Assembly: GCA_046729855.1 (NCBI GenBank)
Contig: JBKPHM010000047.1
Location: 1,605-65,604, forward strand
Direction: 5' to 3'
DNA length: 64,000 nt
Source: Actinomycetota bacterium
GTDB lineage: Bacteria > Actinomycetota > UBA4738 > HRBIN12
Within the stretch, counting starts at the first letter, position 1. Every line of letters begins with the position of its first letter. This document shows positions 48,028 to 57,808 of the stretch, piece after piece. The position numbers were made by a program, and so were the translations under genes. The notes under the pieces are model-generated. The model did not search any database. It had not been told where the DNA came from and saw only the letters and a program-made list of their open reading frames with translations.

Positions 48028-49086
48028 CTAGTCCACCTCGATGCGGCTCTGGTCGCCGGCCACGATCCGATGCACACCGTGCGAGCCGGAGTGCGCGACC
48101 TCCACCGAGCGCCCCAAGATCGAGCCTTCGATCCGGCGCACGCCGCGGACCTGGCAGCCCTCCAGGACGATCGAGTCGGTCAGCTCGCTGCCTACGATCG
48201 CGCAAGACGGTCCGATCGACGCGTCCGGGCCGATCACCGAGTCCTCGACGACGCTCCCCTCGCCGACGATCGCGGGACCCAGGATCCGCGAGCGCGTCAC
48301 CTTCGCGCCACGTTCGACGACGACGAGGCCCTCGAACGAGGAGTCGGCGTCGACCTCGCCCTCGATCCTGTGCTCCATGATGGACAGCATCATGCGGTTC
48401 GCCTCGAGCAAGGTCTCCGGACGGCCGGTGTCCTTCCAGAACCCGCTCAGAATCTCCGCGCGGACGGTCTTGCCGTGCTCGACGAGCCACTGGATCGCCT
48501 CGGTGATCTCGAGCTCGCCGCGCCACGACGGATGCAATTGCTCGCACGCCTCGAGGATCGAGTCGTCGAACAGGTACACGCCGACGAGGGCGAGGTCAGA
48601 GACGTGCTCCTTCGGCTTCTCGACGAGCCGGACCACGCGGTCGCCATCCATCACGACGACGCCGAACAGTTCGGGCTCCGGCACGCGGGCAAGGAAGATC
48701 TGCGCGTCGGGTCGATGCTGCTCGAAGCCGCGCACGAACGACGTGATGCCCTCGACGATCACGTTGTCGCCGAGGTACATCACGAACGGTTGCCCGGCCA
48801 CGAAGTCACGCGCCGTCAGCACGGCGTGCGCGAGCCCGAGCGGCGCCTCCTGGGGGATGTAGGTGACGTCGAGGTCCCATGCCGAGCCGTCGCCGACGGC
48901 GGCGCGCACCTCGTCGGCCGTCTCGCCGACGACGACCCCTACCTCGCGGATGCCAGCCTCGGCGATCGAGCGCAGCACGTGAAACAGGATCGGCGTGTTC
49001 GCGACGGGGATCAGCTGCTTCGCGTTCGTGTGCGTGATCGGGCGAAGCCGCGACCCATGTCCGCCGGACAGGACGAGCGCCCTCAT
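48028..49086 (-). CDS. rmlA: Glucose-1-phosphate thymidylyltransferase (long form with LbH domain)
   Basis: MRALVLSGGHGSRLRPITHTNAKQLIPVAN... with C-terminal hexapeptide repeats. ATGA overlap with the LCP stop. Confidence 0.9.
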   Translation of the reverse strand: MRALVLSGGHGSRLRPITHTNAKQLIPVANTPILFHVLRSIAEAGIREVGVVVGETADEVRAAVGDGSAWDLDVTYIPQEAPLGLAHAVLTARDFVAGQPFVMYLGDNVIVEGITSFVRGFEQHRPDAQIFLARVPEPELFGVVVMDGDRVVRLVEKPKEHVSDLALVGVYLFDDSILEACEQLHPSWRGELEITEAIQWLVEHGKTVRAEILSGFWKDTGRPETLLEANRMMLSIMEHRIEGEVDADSSFEGLVVVERGAKVTRSRILGPAIVGEGSVVEDSVIGPDASIGPSCAIVGSELTDSIVLEGCQVRGVRRIEGSILGRSVEVAHSGSHGVHRIVAGDQSRIEVD

Positions 49087-50519
49087 GTCGCTGGCGGACA
49101 GTCCACCGTCGACGCCGGTCCCTCTTCGGGCGGCGGCGGGATCTGGTAGTTGGCTCCGATCACCACGGCCACCTCGACATTCTCGGGCAACAGGTGCCGC
49201 GTCGCCGGCATCACGTCGAGGTTCGGTAGGTAGCCGCGGACGACCTGCGCCATCGCCTCGCCATCGGCGGACCCCGGGTCGTACAGGATCGCCGACCCCT
49301 TCACCGAGAGCTCTCCGGTCAGCTCGGACAACGGGCTCGGCCCGAGCGCGTCGCCCGTGTTGAACCCGCCTTTCACGAGCAGGTCGAACACATCGTCGGC
49401 TGCACCGAGTGATCTGCGGTCGACCACCGCGCTGCCGATCACCGCCGGCGAGGGCGGCGTCTCGCCCACCGTCTTCCCGAGGTCACCGAGAGTGCGGTCC
49501 TCGCGCAGCCGGCGGAAGAGGCGCTGCGCCTCCGGTTGGAGATGCACGACCGAGAGCTCGCCCTCCCACCCCGGGGCGGTCGGGACCGTCCGGAAGTCGG
49601 CGGCGCCCGTCGAGACGCCCCTCAGCTGGCCGGCCAGGTACACCAGCTCCGCGATCGACAGACCTTCGTCGGGCCTCAGGCCTTCGAGGACCGGTCCCAC
49701 GAGGCGCGGGAGCCGCCACACCTGCGAGGGAGAGAGCATCTTCGAGATCACGGCGCGGAGGAACTGCTGCTGCCGCGCGATCCGGGCGAAGTCGGGGATC
49801 CGGTCGCACGGCTGGTGCCGCGTCCGGACGTACGCGAGTGCGGTATACCCATCGAACGTCTGGCAGCCCGCGGCGATGTCCAACCCCGTGAGCTCGTCCT
49901 GCATCGGGTAGGGGACGCACATCTCCACGCCGCCGAGCGCATCGACGATGTCCGAGAAGCCGTTCAGGTCGACGTAGAGGACGTGGTCGATCCGGATGCC
50001 GGTGAGGTTCGTCACCGTACGTGCAACGCGCTGCGCGCCGCCTCCCTCGATGCCGCCCTCGAACGCCGAATTGATCTTGCCGGGCCCGTGCCCGGGGATC
50101 TCCACCCAGAGGTCGCGTGGGAACGATAGGAAGGTGGCCTGTTTGTCGTCGGGCGTCACGTGCACGAGCACGATCGTGTCCGAGCGGAACACGCCTCCGA
50201 TGTCCTCGTTGCTGCCGGTGTACTCCCTCTCCTCCGCGGTGAGTCCCTCGCGGCTGTCGCTGCCAAGCAGAAGGTAGTTGCAGGACCGCTCGGCGCACCT
50301 GCCGGTGAACGGCGGCGGCGTGGCGCTCGCGGATGCGCCGCCGACCGGCGGCGGCTCGTCCGGGATCACCGAGATCCGGCTCTGTCCCCAGACGACGGCG
50401 ACCATGCCCACAGTCGCGAGGATCGCGACCAGCGCCGACAGGCTCGCGCTCGCTGCGACCACCGCTCGTCGGAGCCGGTGGCGCGGCGAGGTTGGCTGCA
50501 TGGGTGGTTGCCCGGACAT
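49083..50519 (-). CDS. LytR-CpsA-Psr (LCP) family glycopolymer ligase with LytR_C domain
   Basis: N-terminal TM, then NYLLLGSDSREG...RSDTIVLVHV...FLSFPRDLWVEIPGHGPGKINSAF...VDLNGFSDIVDALGGVEMCV. Internal ATG 50519. 478 aa. Confidence 0.9.
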   Translation of the reverse strand: MSGQPPMQPTSPRHRLRRAVVAASASLSALVAILATVGMVAVVWGQSRISVIPDEPPPVGGASASATPPPFTGRCAERSCNYLLLGSDSREGLTAEEREYTGSNEDIGGVFRSDTIVLVHVTPDDKQATFLSFPRDLWVEIPGHGPGKINSAFEGGIEGGGAQRVARTVTNLTGIRIDHVLYVDLNGFSDIVDALGGVEMCVPYPMQDELTGLDIAAGCQTFDGYTALAYVRTRHQPCDRIPDFARIARQQQFLRAVISKMLSPSQVWRLPRLVGPVLEGLRPDEGLSIAELVYLAGQLRGVSTGAADFRTVPTAPGWEGELSVVHLQPEAQRLFRRLREDRTLGDLGKTVGETPPSPAVIGSAVVDRRSLGAADDVFDLLVKGGFNTGDALGPSPLSELTGELSVKGSAILYDPGSADGEAMAQVVRGYLPNLDVMPATRHLLPENVEVAVVIGANYQIPPPPEEGPASTVDCPPAT

Positions 50520-50582
50520 ACGCTTCGGACGGAAGCGTACCCGTACCGCCGGGACCGGTGCCCGCACGGATAGGAGGGGCTC

Positions 50583-52529
50583 GTGACGATCGTGTGGCGC
50601 CCGTCCGCCGAGTACATCGAGCGCGCGAACGTGACCCGGCTGATGCGCGCGCACGGGATCGGAACCTTCGACGAGCTCCGCGCGCGGTCGGTCGAGGACA
50701 TCGAGTGGTTCTGGGACGCCGTTGTCGGGGACCTCGGGATCGAGTTCTCGACTCCATACCAGCACGTCCTGGACATGCGCCGCGGGCCCGAGTGGGCGCT
50801 GTGGTTCCTGAACGGGACGCTGAACCTGGCGCACAACTGCGTGGACCGGTGGGCGGAGCGCACCCCCGACGCGATCGCCGTCCTGTGGGAGGGCGAAGAG
50901 GGCACGACCCGCGCCGTCACGTACGCGGAGCTGCGCGAGTCGTCGGATCGCCTGGCGAACGGCCTCGCGTCGCTGGGCGTCAGCTCGCTCGACACGGTCG
51001 GCATCTTCCTGCCGATGTCGCCGGAAGCCGTCGCCGCCGTCATGGCGTGCGCCAAGCTGGGTGCGATCTGGCTGCCGATCTTCTCCGGCTACGCGGCCGA
51101 CGCCGTCGCAACCCGGCTGCGGGACGCCGGCGCCGTCGCGCTGATAACGGCGGACGGCTTCCCGCGCCGCGGTTCGCCCGTCCCGATGAAGGAGACAGCC
51201 GACCGGGCCGTCGAGGCGTCGCCGACCGTGCGGCACGTGGTCGTGTTCGATCGGGGCAACCGCACCACCCTGCCGTGGGCCGATGGCCGCGACGTGCGGG
51301 CCGCGGAGCTGCTCGCGGCGCAACCCGATCGCTTCAAGACGCTCGATGTCGACAGCGAGCACCCGCTGTTCATCGCGTACACGAGCGGGACGACCGGCCG
51401 GCCGAAGGGCGCCGTCCACGTCCACGGCGGCTTCGTCGTCAAGATCGCCGAGGAGGTCGCGTACCAGACTGACGTGCACCAGGGCGACCGACTCTTCTGG
51501 GTGAGCGACCTCGGCTGGATCATGGGGCCGTGGGAGATCGTGGGCGCCACCGCGCTCGGCGCGACCGTGGTGCTGTACGACGGCGCGCCGAACCATCCCG
51601 GCCCGGACCGAATCTGGTCGCTCATCGAGCGGCACGGCGTGACGCACCTCGGGGTCTCGCCGACGCTGATCCGGGCGCTGATCCCGGCGGGCGAGGAGCA
51701 GGTGCGGCGACACGATCTGTCGAGCTTGCGGATCCTTGCCTCGACCGGCGAACCCTGGAACCCGGCGCCGTACCGCTGGTACGGCGACGTGGTCGGCGAC
51801 GGGGAGCTGCCCATCATCAACCTCTCGGGTGGCACCGAGGTCGGTGCGTGCTTCCTGTCTCCGCATCCCGTGACGCCCATCGCCGAATGCTCCCTCGGCG
51901 GTCCGGCCCTTGCGATGGACATGGACGTCGTCGGCTCCGATGGGGCGCGGGTCGGCCGTGGCGAGGTCGGCGAGCTCGTGTGCCGGCAGCCGTGGCCCGC
52001 GATGACGCGCGGCATATGGGGCGACCCGGAGCGCTACCTCGACGCATATTGGCGACGGTTCCCAAGCGTCTGGGTCCACGGCGACTGGGCGAGCGTGGAC
52101 GAGGACGGCTTCTGGTACCTGCACGGGCGCAGCGACGACACGATGAACGTGGCCGGCAAGCGGCTCGGACCGGCGGAGATCGAGAGCATCCTGACGCTGC
52201 ACCCGCAGGTCGCCGAGTCGGCCGTCGTCGGCGTCCCCGACGAGATGAAGGGCGAGGCGATCTGGTGCTTCGTCGTTCTCAAGCCCGGGGTCGAGGCGGG
52301 CGACGAGCTGGCCGCGGAGCTCGACCGGCTCGTCGCCGAGCACCTCGGCAAGGCGTTCCGGCCATCGCGGCTCGTGTTCGTCCCGGAGCTGCCGAGGACG
52401 CGGTCCGCGAAGATTCTTCGGCGCGCGATCCGCGCCACCGTCACCGGCGAGGACGCGGGCGACTTGTCGAGCCTGGAGAATCCGGCGGCGATCGACGCGA
52501 TCCGCGAACGCGTGCCCGGGGCGACCTAG
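50583..52529 (+). CDS. acs: Acetyl-CoA synthetase (AMP-forming)
   Basis: 648 aa with YTSGTTGRPKG, SGGTEVG and C-terminal PRTRSAKILRR (contains the acetylatable Lys motif). AGGAGG SD before GTG 50583. Confidence 0.97.
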   Translation: MTIVWRPSAEYIERANVTRLMRAHGIGTFDELRARSVEDIEWFWDAVVGDLGIEFSTPYQHVLDMRRGPEWALWFLNGTLNLAHNCVDRWAERTPDAIAVLWEGEEGTTRAVTYAELRESSDRLANGLASLGVSSLDTVGIFLPMSPEAVAAVMACAKLGAIWLPIFSGYAADAVATRLRDAGAVALITADGFPRRGSPVPMKETADRAVEASPTVRHVVVFDRGNRTTLPWADGRDVRAAELLAAQPDRFKTLDVDSEHPLFIAYTSGTTGRPKGAVHVHGGFVVKIAEEVAYQTDVHQGDRLFWVSDLGWIMGPWEIVGATALGATVVLYDGAPNHPGPDRIWSLIERHGVTHLGVSPTLIRALIPAGEEQVRRHDLSSLRILASTGEPWNPAPYRWYGDVVGDGELPIINLSGGTEVGACFLSPHPVTPIAECSLGGPALAMDMDVVGSDGARVGRGEVGELVCRQPWPAMTRGIWGDPERYLDAYWRRFPSVWVHGDWASVDEDGFWYLHGRSDDTMNVAGKRLGPAEIESILTLHPQVAESAVVGVPDEMKGEAIWCFVVLKPGVEAGDELAAELDRLVAEHLGKAFRPSRLVFVPELPRTRSAKILRRAIRATVTGEDAGDLSSLENPAAIDAIRERVPGAT

Positions 52530-52531
52530 AC

Positions 52532-54076
52532 CTAGGAGCCCGCCGTCCAGGGAAGACGGACGGTGAACACCGCCCCGCCACCACCGCGATCGGCGACCGT
52601 CGCGGTCCCGCCGTGGAGCCCTGCGAACCGCGCGACGAGCGAGAGCCCGATCCCGAGGCCGTTGCCGCGGCCGCCGTGCCGGAACGGTTCGAAGATCACG
52701 TCTCGCTGGTCGGCCGGGACGCCCGGGCCTTCGTCGGCGACCGTGATCACGACGTCGTGGCCCTCGTAGCGGACGCCGACCCGGACGGGTGTTCCCTTCG
52801 GCGTGTGGCGGATCGCGTTCGCGACGAGGTTCTCGACGATCCGCTCGACGTGGACCGGATCAACCTCGGCCAGCCCGCCCTCGGCATCGACCACGACCGG
52901 GTGAGTCTCCTGGCGGAGCTCGTCGGCGACTCGGCTCGCGATCGCGCCGACCTCCGTAGGGCGCCGGTCGGGCTCGACGATGCCGCGCTCGAGGCGGTCG
53001 AGGTCGAGCAGGTCGTTGACGAGCCGGTGCAGCTTGCGCCCGCCCACCACGACCCCCTGGAGGAGCTCGGTCCGACGCTCGGGGTCGAGGTCGCGGTTCT
53101 CGTCGGCGAGGACGAGCGCGGATCCGAGGATCGCGGTGATCGGTGCCCGAAGGTCGTGCGAGACGGCGTGCAGCTGGAGCGTGCGCAGCTCGTCGATCCT
53201 GCGCAGGTGGTCGGTGATCTCGCGTTCGCGCTCGAGCGCGCGCTCGAGCGCCTGCTCGGCCCGCTTCCGCTCGGTGATGTCGATCAGGACGCCCTGGACG
53301 AGCCATGGTGTCCCGGCCGGATCGCGCAGGACGACGGCCCGGTCGTTGACCCAGACCTCGTGCCCATCGTCGTGCAGCATCCGGTACTCGTGGTCGTAGG
53401 ACTCGCCATGGTCGCGGGCGCGCTCCCACGCACTCCACGCGATCTGCCGGTCGTCGGGGTGCAGGTGCTTGCGCCAGAACCCGGGGTCGGTGAGCCAGTC
53501 CTCCTGCGTGCAGCCGAGGAGCTGCTCGACCTGCGGGCTCACGTACAGGCTGTCCGCCCACTCGTCGAGAGGATCGACGTACGTCACGGCCGGGATCGCC
53601 TCGACCAGGCCCTGATACTTCGCCTCGGTCTCGAACAGCGACCCGCGTTGCCACATCCGCTCCGTGACGTCGACGGCGACACCAAGCGTGCCGACGACCT
53701 CGCCGGCGGCGGACACTGGCCTGACGCGGACCTCGAACCGTTGTCCCTGCCAGTTCTGCTCGAACGCGTGCGTCTCGCCCCGAAGCGCGGCCAGGTGGGC
53801 CGTCACCGCCGTGTACTCAGGGTCGTCGGTCCCGAAGTACTCCTGGACCGTGCGGCCGACGATCTGGTCGGGCTCGAGCCCGAGCTCCTGCAGCCCCCTC
53901 CCACGCGACGCCGTGAAGACCAGGTCGACGTCGGTCGCCCACACGACTGCCGGGATCTCGTCGATGAGACCCTCGACGCCCACCGATCTCGCGCCGACCC
54001 CCGCGTCCATCGCCCGCTGTATCGGCGCATCGGACCCGGCGCTCAATATCGGTGCTGCCGAAATCTCAGTAGTCAC
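52532..54076 (-). CDS. Cytoplasmic multi-PAS sensor histidine kinase
   Basis: Two or three PAS-like segments, H-box HAVSHDLRAPITAILG and an HATPase_c domain (GLGIGLSLV). No TM segments. The start (GTG 54076) is uncertain. Confidence 0.88.
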   Translation of the reverse strand: MTTEISAAPILSAGSDAPIQRAMDAGVGARSVGVEGLIDEIPAVVWATDVDLVFTASRGRGLQELGLEPDQIVGRTVQEYFGTDDPEYTAVTAHLAALRGETHAFEQNWQGQRFEVRVRPVSAAGEVVGTLGVAVDVTERMWQRGSLFETEAKYQGLVEAIPAVTYVDPLDEWADSLYVSPQVEQLLGCTQEDWLTDPGFWRKHLHPDDRQIAWSAWERARDHGESYDHEYRMLHDDGHEVWVNDRAVVLRDPAGTPWLVQGVLIDITERKRAEQALERALEREREITDHLRRIDELRTLQLHAVSHDLRAPITAILGSALVLADENRDLDPERRTELLQGVVVGGRKLHRLVNDLLDLDRLERGIVEPDRRPTEVGAIASRVADELRQETHPVVVDAEGGLAEVDPVHVERIVENLVANAIRHTPKGTPVRVGVRYEGHDVVITVADEGPGVPADQRDVIFEPFRHGGRGNGLGIGLSLVARFAGLHGGTATVADRGGGGAVFTVRLPWTAGS

Positions 54077-54200
54077 TCCTGGCTACCGCTCGTCGCCCGC
54101 CCGGCCGCCGACCTCGCCGACCGAGGGTGGGACCGGCGGCGGCGCGAGCAGGGGCCCGGGAAAAAGGGGCCCTGCGTGCGACGCGGGCTAGCATGCCCGG

Positions 54201-56933
54201 GTGACCCCTGAGGCCGTGAAGGGGTACCCCGAGTACCTCGCGTCGGACGTCGTCCTGCGCGATGGCTCGACGGTCCGCATCCGGCCGGCGCGGCCCGAGG
54301 ACCGTCGCCGCGTCGAGAACTACCTGATCGGTCTCTCGCCCGAGACGCGGCGCCTGCGCTTCTGGTCCCAATCGATCGACATCAGCTCCCTCGCGACCAG
54401 GATCGCCGAGGCCGACTACCACGACCACCTCGCGCTGCTCGTCCTGCGCGGCGGCGACGACGGCGAGATGATCGGCGGTGCGCAGTACGCGCGGATCGAC
54501 GGCGGCCGGGCCGAGATCAGCTTCTCCGTGACCGACGCGTGGCAGGGCCAGGGCATCGGGTCGATCCTGCTCGGGCAGCTCGCCCAGGCCGCTGGGGAGC
54601 GCGGAATCATCACGTTCGTCGCGGAGGTGCTGCCCGAGAACTTCGGCATGATCGACGTCTTCCGCAACAGCGGTTTCCGCGTGTCGATGCGCGCGACGCC
54701 GGGCAGCATCGAGGTCGAGTTCCCGATCGGGCTGACCGACGAGGCGGAGTCGCGCTTCGAAGAGCGAGAGACGATCGCGTCGGTGAACGCGATGAGGACC
54801 TTCCTGATGCCGCGCTCCGTCGCGGTGATCGGCGCGTCTCGCGACACGACCACGATCGGTGGCGAGCTGTTCCACAACCTGCTGATGACCGATTTCAACG
54901 GTCCCGTCTACCCGGTGAACCCGAAGGCCGACTTCGTCCACGGCGTCCCCGCGTACCCGTCGATCGAGCAGGTGCCCGGCGACGTCGAGCTCGCGTTCAT
55001 CGTCGTGCCGGCCTCGCTCGTCCTGCACGTCACGCGGGAGTGCGGCGAGAAGGGCGTGCGCGCGCTGGTTGTGATCTCGTCGGGCTTCAGCGAGATCGGG
55101 CCGGAAGGCCAGGCGCTGCAGCGCGAGCTGGTCGATGTCACGCGCTCGTACGGGATGCGGATCATCGGCCCGAACTGCATGGGGATCGTGAACACCGCAT
55201 CCGACGTCCGGCTGAACGGGACGTTCGCGACCGTCTACCCGCCCACGGGCCGCGTCGGGTTCCTCTCGCAGAGCGGGGCACTCGGCCTGGCCGTGATGCG
55301 ATACGCGAAGGACCTGGCGCTCGGCCTGTCGTCGTTCGTGTCGGTGGGGAACAAGGTCGACATCTCGGGCAACGACCTCATCGCGTACTGGAGCCAGGAC
55401 GAGGGCACCGACGTGATTCTGCTGTACCTCGAGGGCTTCGGGAACCCCCGGCGATTCGCTCGCCTCGCGCGGGACGTGGGGCGCCGCAAGCCGATCGTCG
55501 CCGTGAAGTCCGGTCGGAGCCCGGCGGGCGCGCGTGCCGCCGCGTCCCACACGGGCGCCCTGCTCGCCTCGTCCGACGTCACGGTGGACGCGCTGTTCCA
55601 TCAGTCGGGCGTGATCCGGACCGACACGCTCGAGGAGATGTTCGACGTGGCGACGCTCCTCGCGGACCAGCCGGTCCCGAAGGGTGATCGCATCGCGATC
55701 GTCACGAATGCCGGCGGTCTCGGGATCCTGTGCGCCGACACGTGTGAGGCGAACGGCCTGCGCGTCCCACCGCTCTCGGACGGGACGGCGGCGAAGCTGC
55801 GCGAGTTCCTCCCGGGCGAGGCCGCCGTCGGCAACCCCGTCGACATGATCGCGTCGGCCACGGCCGAGGACTACGCGCGGGCCATCCGGATCGTCGCCGA
55901 CGACCCCGACGTCGACGCGATGATCGTGATCTACATCCCGCCGCAGGCCTCGAAGGCGCCCGCGATCACCGCCGCGATCGCGGAGGCGATCCGCTCGCTC
56001 GAGGGGTCGATCCCCGTGGCGATGACCTATCTGTCGAGCAAGACCGGCGCGGGCCAGATGCAGGCCGGGGGGGTTTGGATCCCCACCTTCGCGTTCCCCG
56101 AGGGGGCGGCGATCGCGATGGCGCACGCGTGCGCCTACGGCCGGTGGCGCACGCGCCCGGAGGGCGTGGTCCCAGAGTTCCCCGACGCGCGGACCGACGA
56201 GGCCATCGGGATCATCGCCTCGGCGCTCGGGCGCGGTGCTGTGTGGCTCAGCGAGGCGGAGGTCCAGCGGCTGCTGACGTGCTACGGCCTGCCGCTCGTC
56301 CGGTCTGAACGCGGAACGACGCCGGAGGAGGCCGGCGACGCGGCCGCACGGATCGCGCGTCCGGTCGCACTGAAGGCCCTCGGGGCGCAGATCGTCCACA
56401 AGACCGAGGTCGGCGCCGTCGCGCTGGGACTGGAAGGACCCGACGCCGTCCGCGACGCGGCGCGAGCGATGGCCGACCGGATCGCCGCCGCCGGCGTCGC
56501 GGTGGAGGGGTTCCTGATCCAAGAGATGGTCGACGGAGGCATCGAGATGCTCGTCGGCGTGGCGCACGACCGCCTGTTCGGGCCGGTGGTGGCCTGCAGC
56601 GCCGGCGGCACCGCGGTCGAGCTGGTGCGCGACGTCGCCGTTCGCGTCACGCCCATCACCGACCTCGATGCTTCGGAGATGGTCGCGTCGCTGCGGACCT
56701 TCCCGCTCCTGACCGGTTTCCGCGGCGCCCCGAAGGCCGACGTCGGCGCGCTGGAGGACTTGATCCTGCGCGTGGGGGCCCTCGCCGACGCGCATCCCTC
56801 CATCGCCGAGATGGACTGCAACCCGGTCATGGTCCTGACCACGGGCGCCGTGATCGTGGACGCGAGGATTCGGGTCGAGGCCGTGCCCCATGAAAAGCCG
56901 CTCGCCGCGCGGGCGGTCGCGGTCGGCTCGTAG
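54201..56933 (+). CDS. Pat-type protein acetyltransferase: N-terminal GNAT fused to an NDP-forming acyl-CoA synthetase-like region
   Basis: GNAT (VRIRPARPEDRRRVENYL...WQGQGIGSILL), then a CoA-binding region (PRSVAVIGASRD), a ligase-CoA region and an ATP-grasp region. This GNAT-first order is as reported for Streptomyces PatA. Confidence 0.85.
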   Translation: MTPEAVKGYPEYLASDVVLRDGSTVRIRPARPEDRRRVENYLIGLSPETRRLRFWSQSIDISSLATRIAEADYHDHLALLVLRGGDDGEMIGGAQYARIDGGRAEISFSVTDAWQGQGIGSILLGQLAQAAGERGIITFVAEVLPENFGMIDVFRNSGFRVSMRATPGSIEVEFPIGLTDEAESRFEERETIASVNAMRTFLMPRSVAVIGASRDTTTIGGELFHNLLMTDFNGPVYPVNPKADFVHGVPAYPSIEQVPGDVELAFIVVPASLVLHVTRECGEKGVRALVVISSGFSEIGPEGQALQRELVDVTRSYGMRIIGPNCMGIVNTASDVRLNGTFATVYPPTGRVGFLSQSGALGLAVMRYAKDLALGLSSFVSVGNKVDISGNDLIAYWSQDEGTDVILLYLEGFGNPRRFARLARDVGRRKPIVAVKSGRSPAGARAAASHTGALLASSDVTVDALFHQSGVIRTDTLEEMFDVATLLADQPVPKGDRIAIVTNAGGLGILCADTCEANGLRVPPLSDGTAAKLREFLPGEAAVGNPVDMIASATAEDYARAIRIVADDPDVDAMIVIYIPPQASKAPAITAAIAEAIRSLEGSIPVAMTYLSSKTGAGQMQAGGVWIPTFAFPEGAAIAMAHACAYGRWRTRPEGVVPEFPDARTDEAIGIIASALGRGAVWLSEAEVQRLLTCYGLPLVRSERGTTPEEAGDAAARIARPVALKALGAQIVHKTEVGAVALGLEGPDAVRDAARAMADRIAAAGVAVEGFLIQEMVDGGIEMLVGVAHDRLFGPVVACSAGGTAVELVRDVAVRVTPITDLDASEMVASLRTFPLLTGFRGAPKADVGALEDLILRVGALADAHPSIAEMDCNPVMVLTTGAVIVDARIRVEAVPHEKPLAARAVAVGS

Positions 56934-56944
56934 CGGTCCGCGGG

Positions 56945-57808
56945 CTAGGGTTGCTCCGTGGGCTCGCTCGGTGCGGCGGGCCTGGCGATCAAGACCGAGC
57001 AGTGCGCGTGGCGCGCGACGTGCTCGCTGACGCTCCCGAGGAGGATCCGCGCGACGCCCGACGTCCCGCGGTGCCCGACGACCAACAGGTCCACGTCGTC
57101 GCGGCGCGCCGTCTCGTCCAACGCGTGCTCCGGCCGCCCCATCGCCATCTCGGCGAGGGGGTCGACGCCGAGGTCGCGCGCGGCGATCACGGCGGGCTCG
57201 AGCTCGGGCGGCATCGCATCGTCGCGTCCGATGGTCCATTCGGCGCTGTCTCCACGGAAGACCGGGATGACGTGCTGCAGGCGCAGCTCGGCGTCCGTGG
57301 CCGCGGCGATCCGCGCGGCGAGCGCCGCCGTCGCGATCGAGCGTTCGGACCCGTCCACGCCGCATCGGATCCGGCGCGGGAACCCGGGCTGGGCCTCACG
57401 CCCAATGAGCACGGACGTCGGCGCATCGCGCAGGACCTCCGCCGCGACGCGCCCGACGCGGATCGCGCCGCCGAGCACGCCCGCGTCGGGTCCGACCGCG
57501 ACGAGGTCGGCTCCGTGCTCCGCCGCCTCCTGGAGCAGCGCCGCGCCTGGCTCGCCCGCGACGATCCTCGTGTCGGCGGCCGCCCCCACCGCGCTCGCCG
57601 CCTCGACGGCTCGCGCCAGCGCCGCCTCGGCCTCGCGCTCCACGTCGCCGACGTGCGCGTGATGCGTGTCGATCACGAAGACCACGTCGAGGGCCGCCCC
57701 GCACGCGACCGCGAGCCGACCGCCCCGTGCGACGGCCTCGCGCGAGCGCTCTGAGCCGTCCGTCCCCGCGAGGACCTTGTGGAATGGCGCCGGCTGCGCC
57801 GCCGTCAC
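56945..57808 (-). CDS. Tandem universal stress protein (2 x Usp domain)
   Basis: FHKVLAGTDGSERS... and RIRCGVDGSERS... with ...LLVVGHRGTSG. GTG 57808 overlaps the CBS gene stop (GTGA). 287 aa. Confidence 0.88.
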   Translation of the reverse strand: MTAAQPAPFHKVLAGTDGSERSREAVARGGRLAVACGAALDVVFVIDTHHAHVGDVEREAEAALARAVEAASAVGAAADTRIVAGEPGAALLQEAAEHGADLVAVGPDAGVLGGAIRVGRVAAEVLRDAPTSVLIGREAQPGFPRRIRCGVDGSERSIATAALAARIAAATDAELRLQHVIPVFRGDSAEWTIGRDDAMPPELEPAVIAARDLGVDPLAEMAMGRPEHALDETARRDDVDLLVVGHRGTSGVARILLGSVSEHVARHAHCSVLIARPAAPSEPTEQP

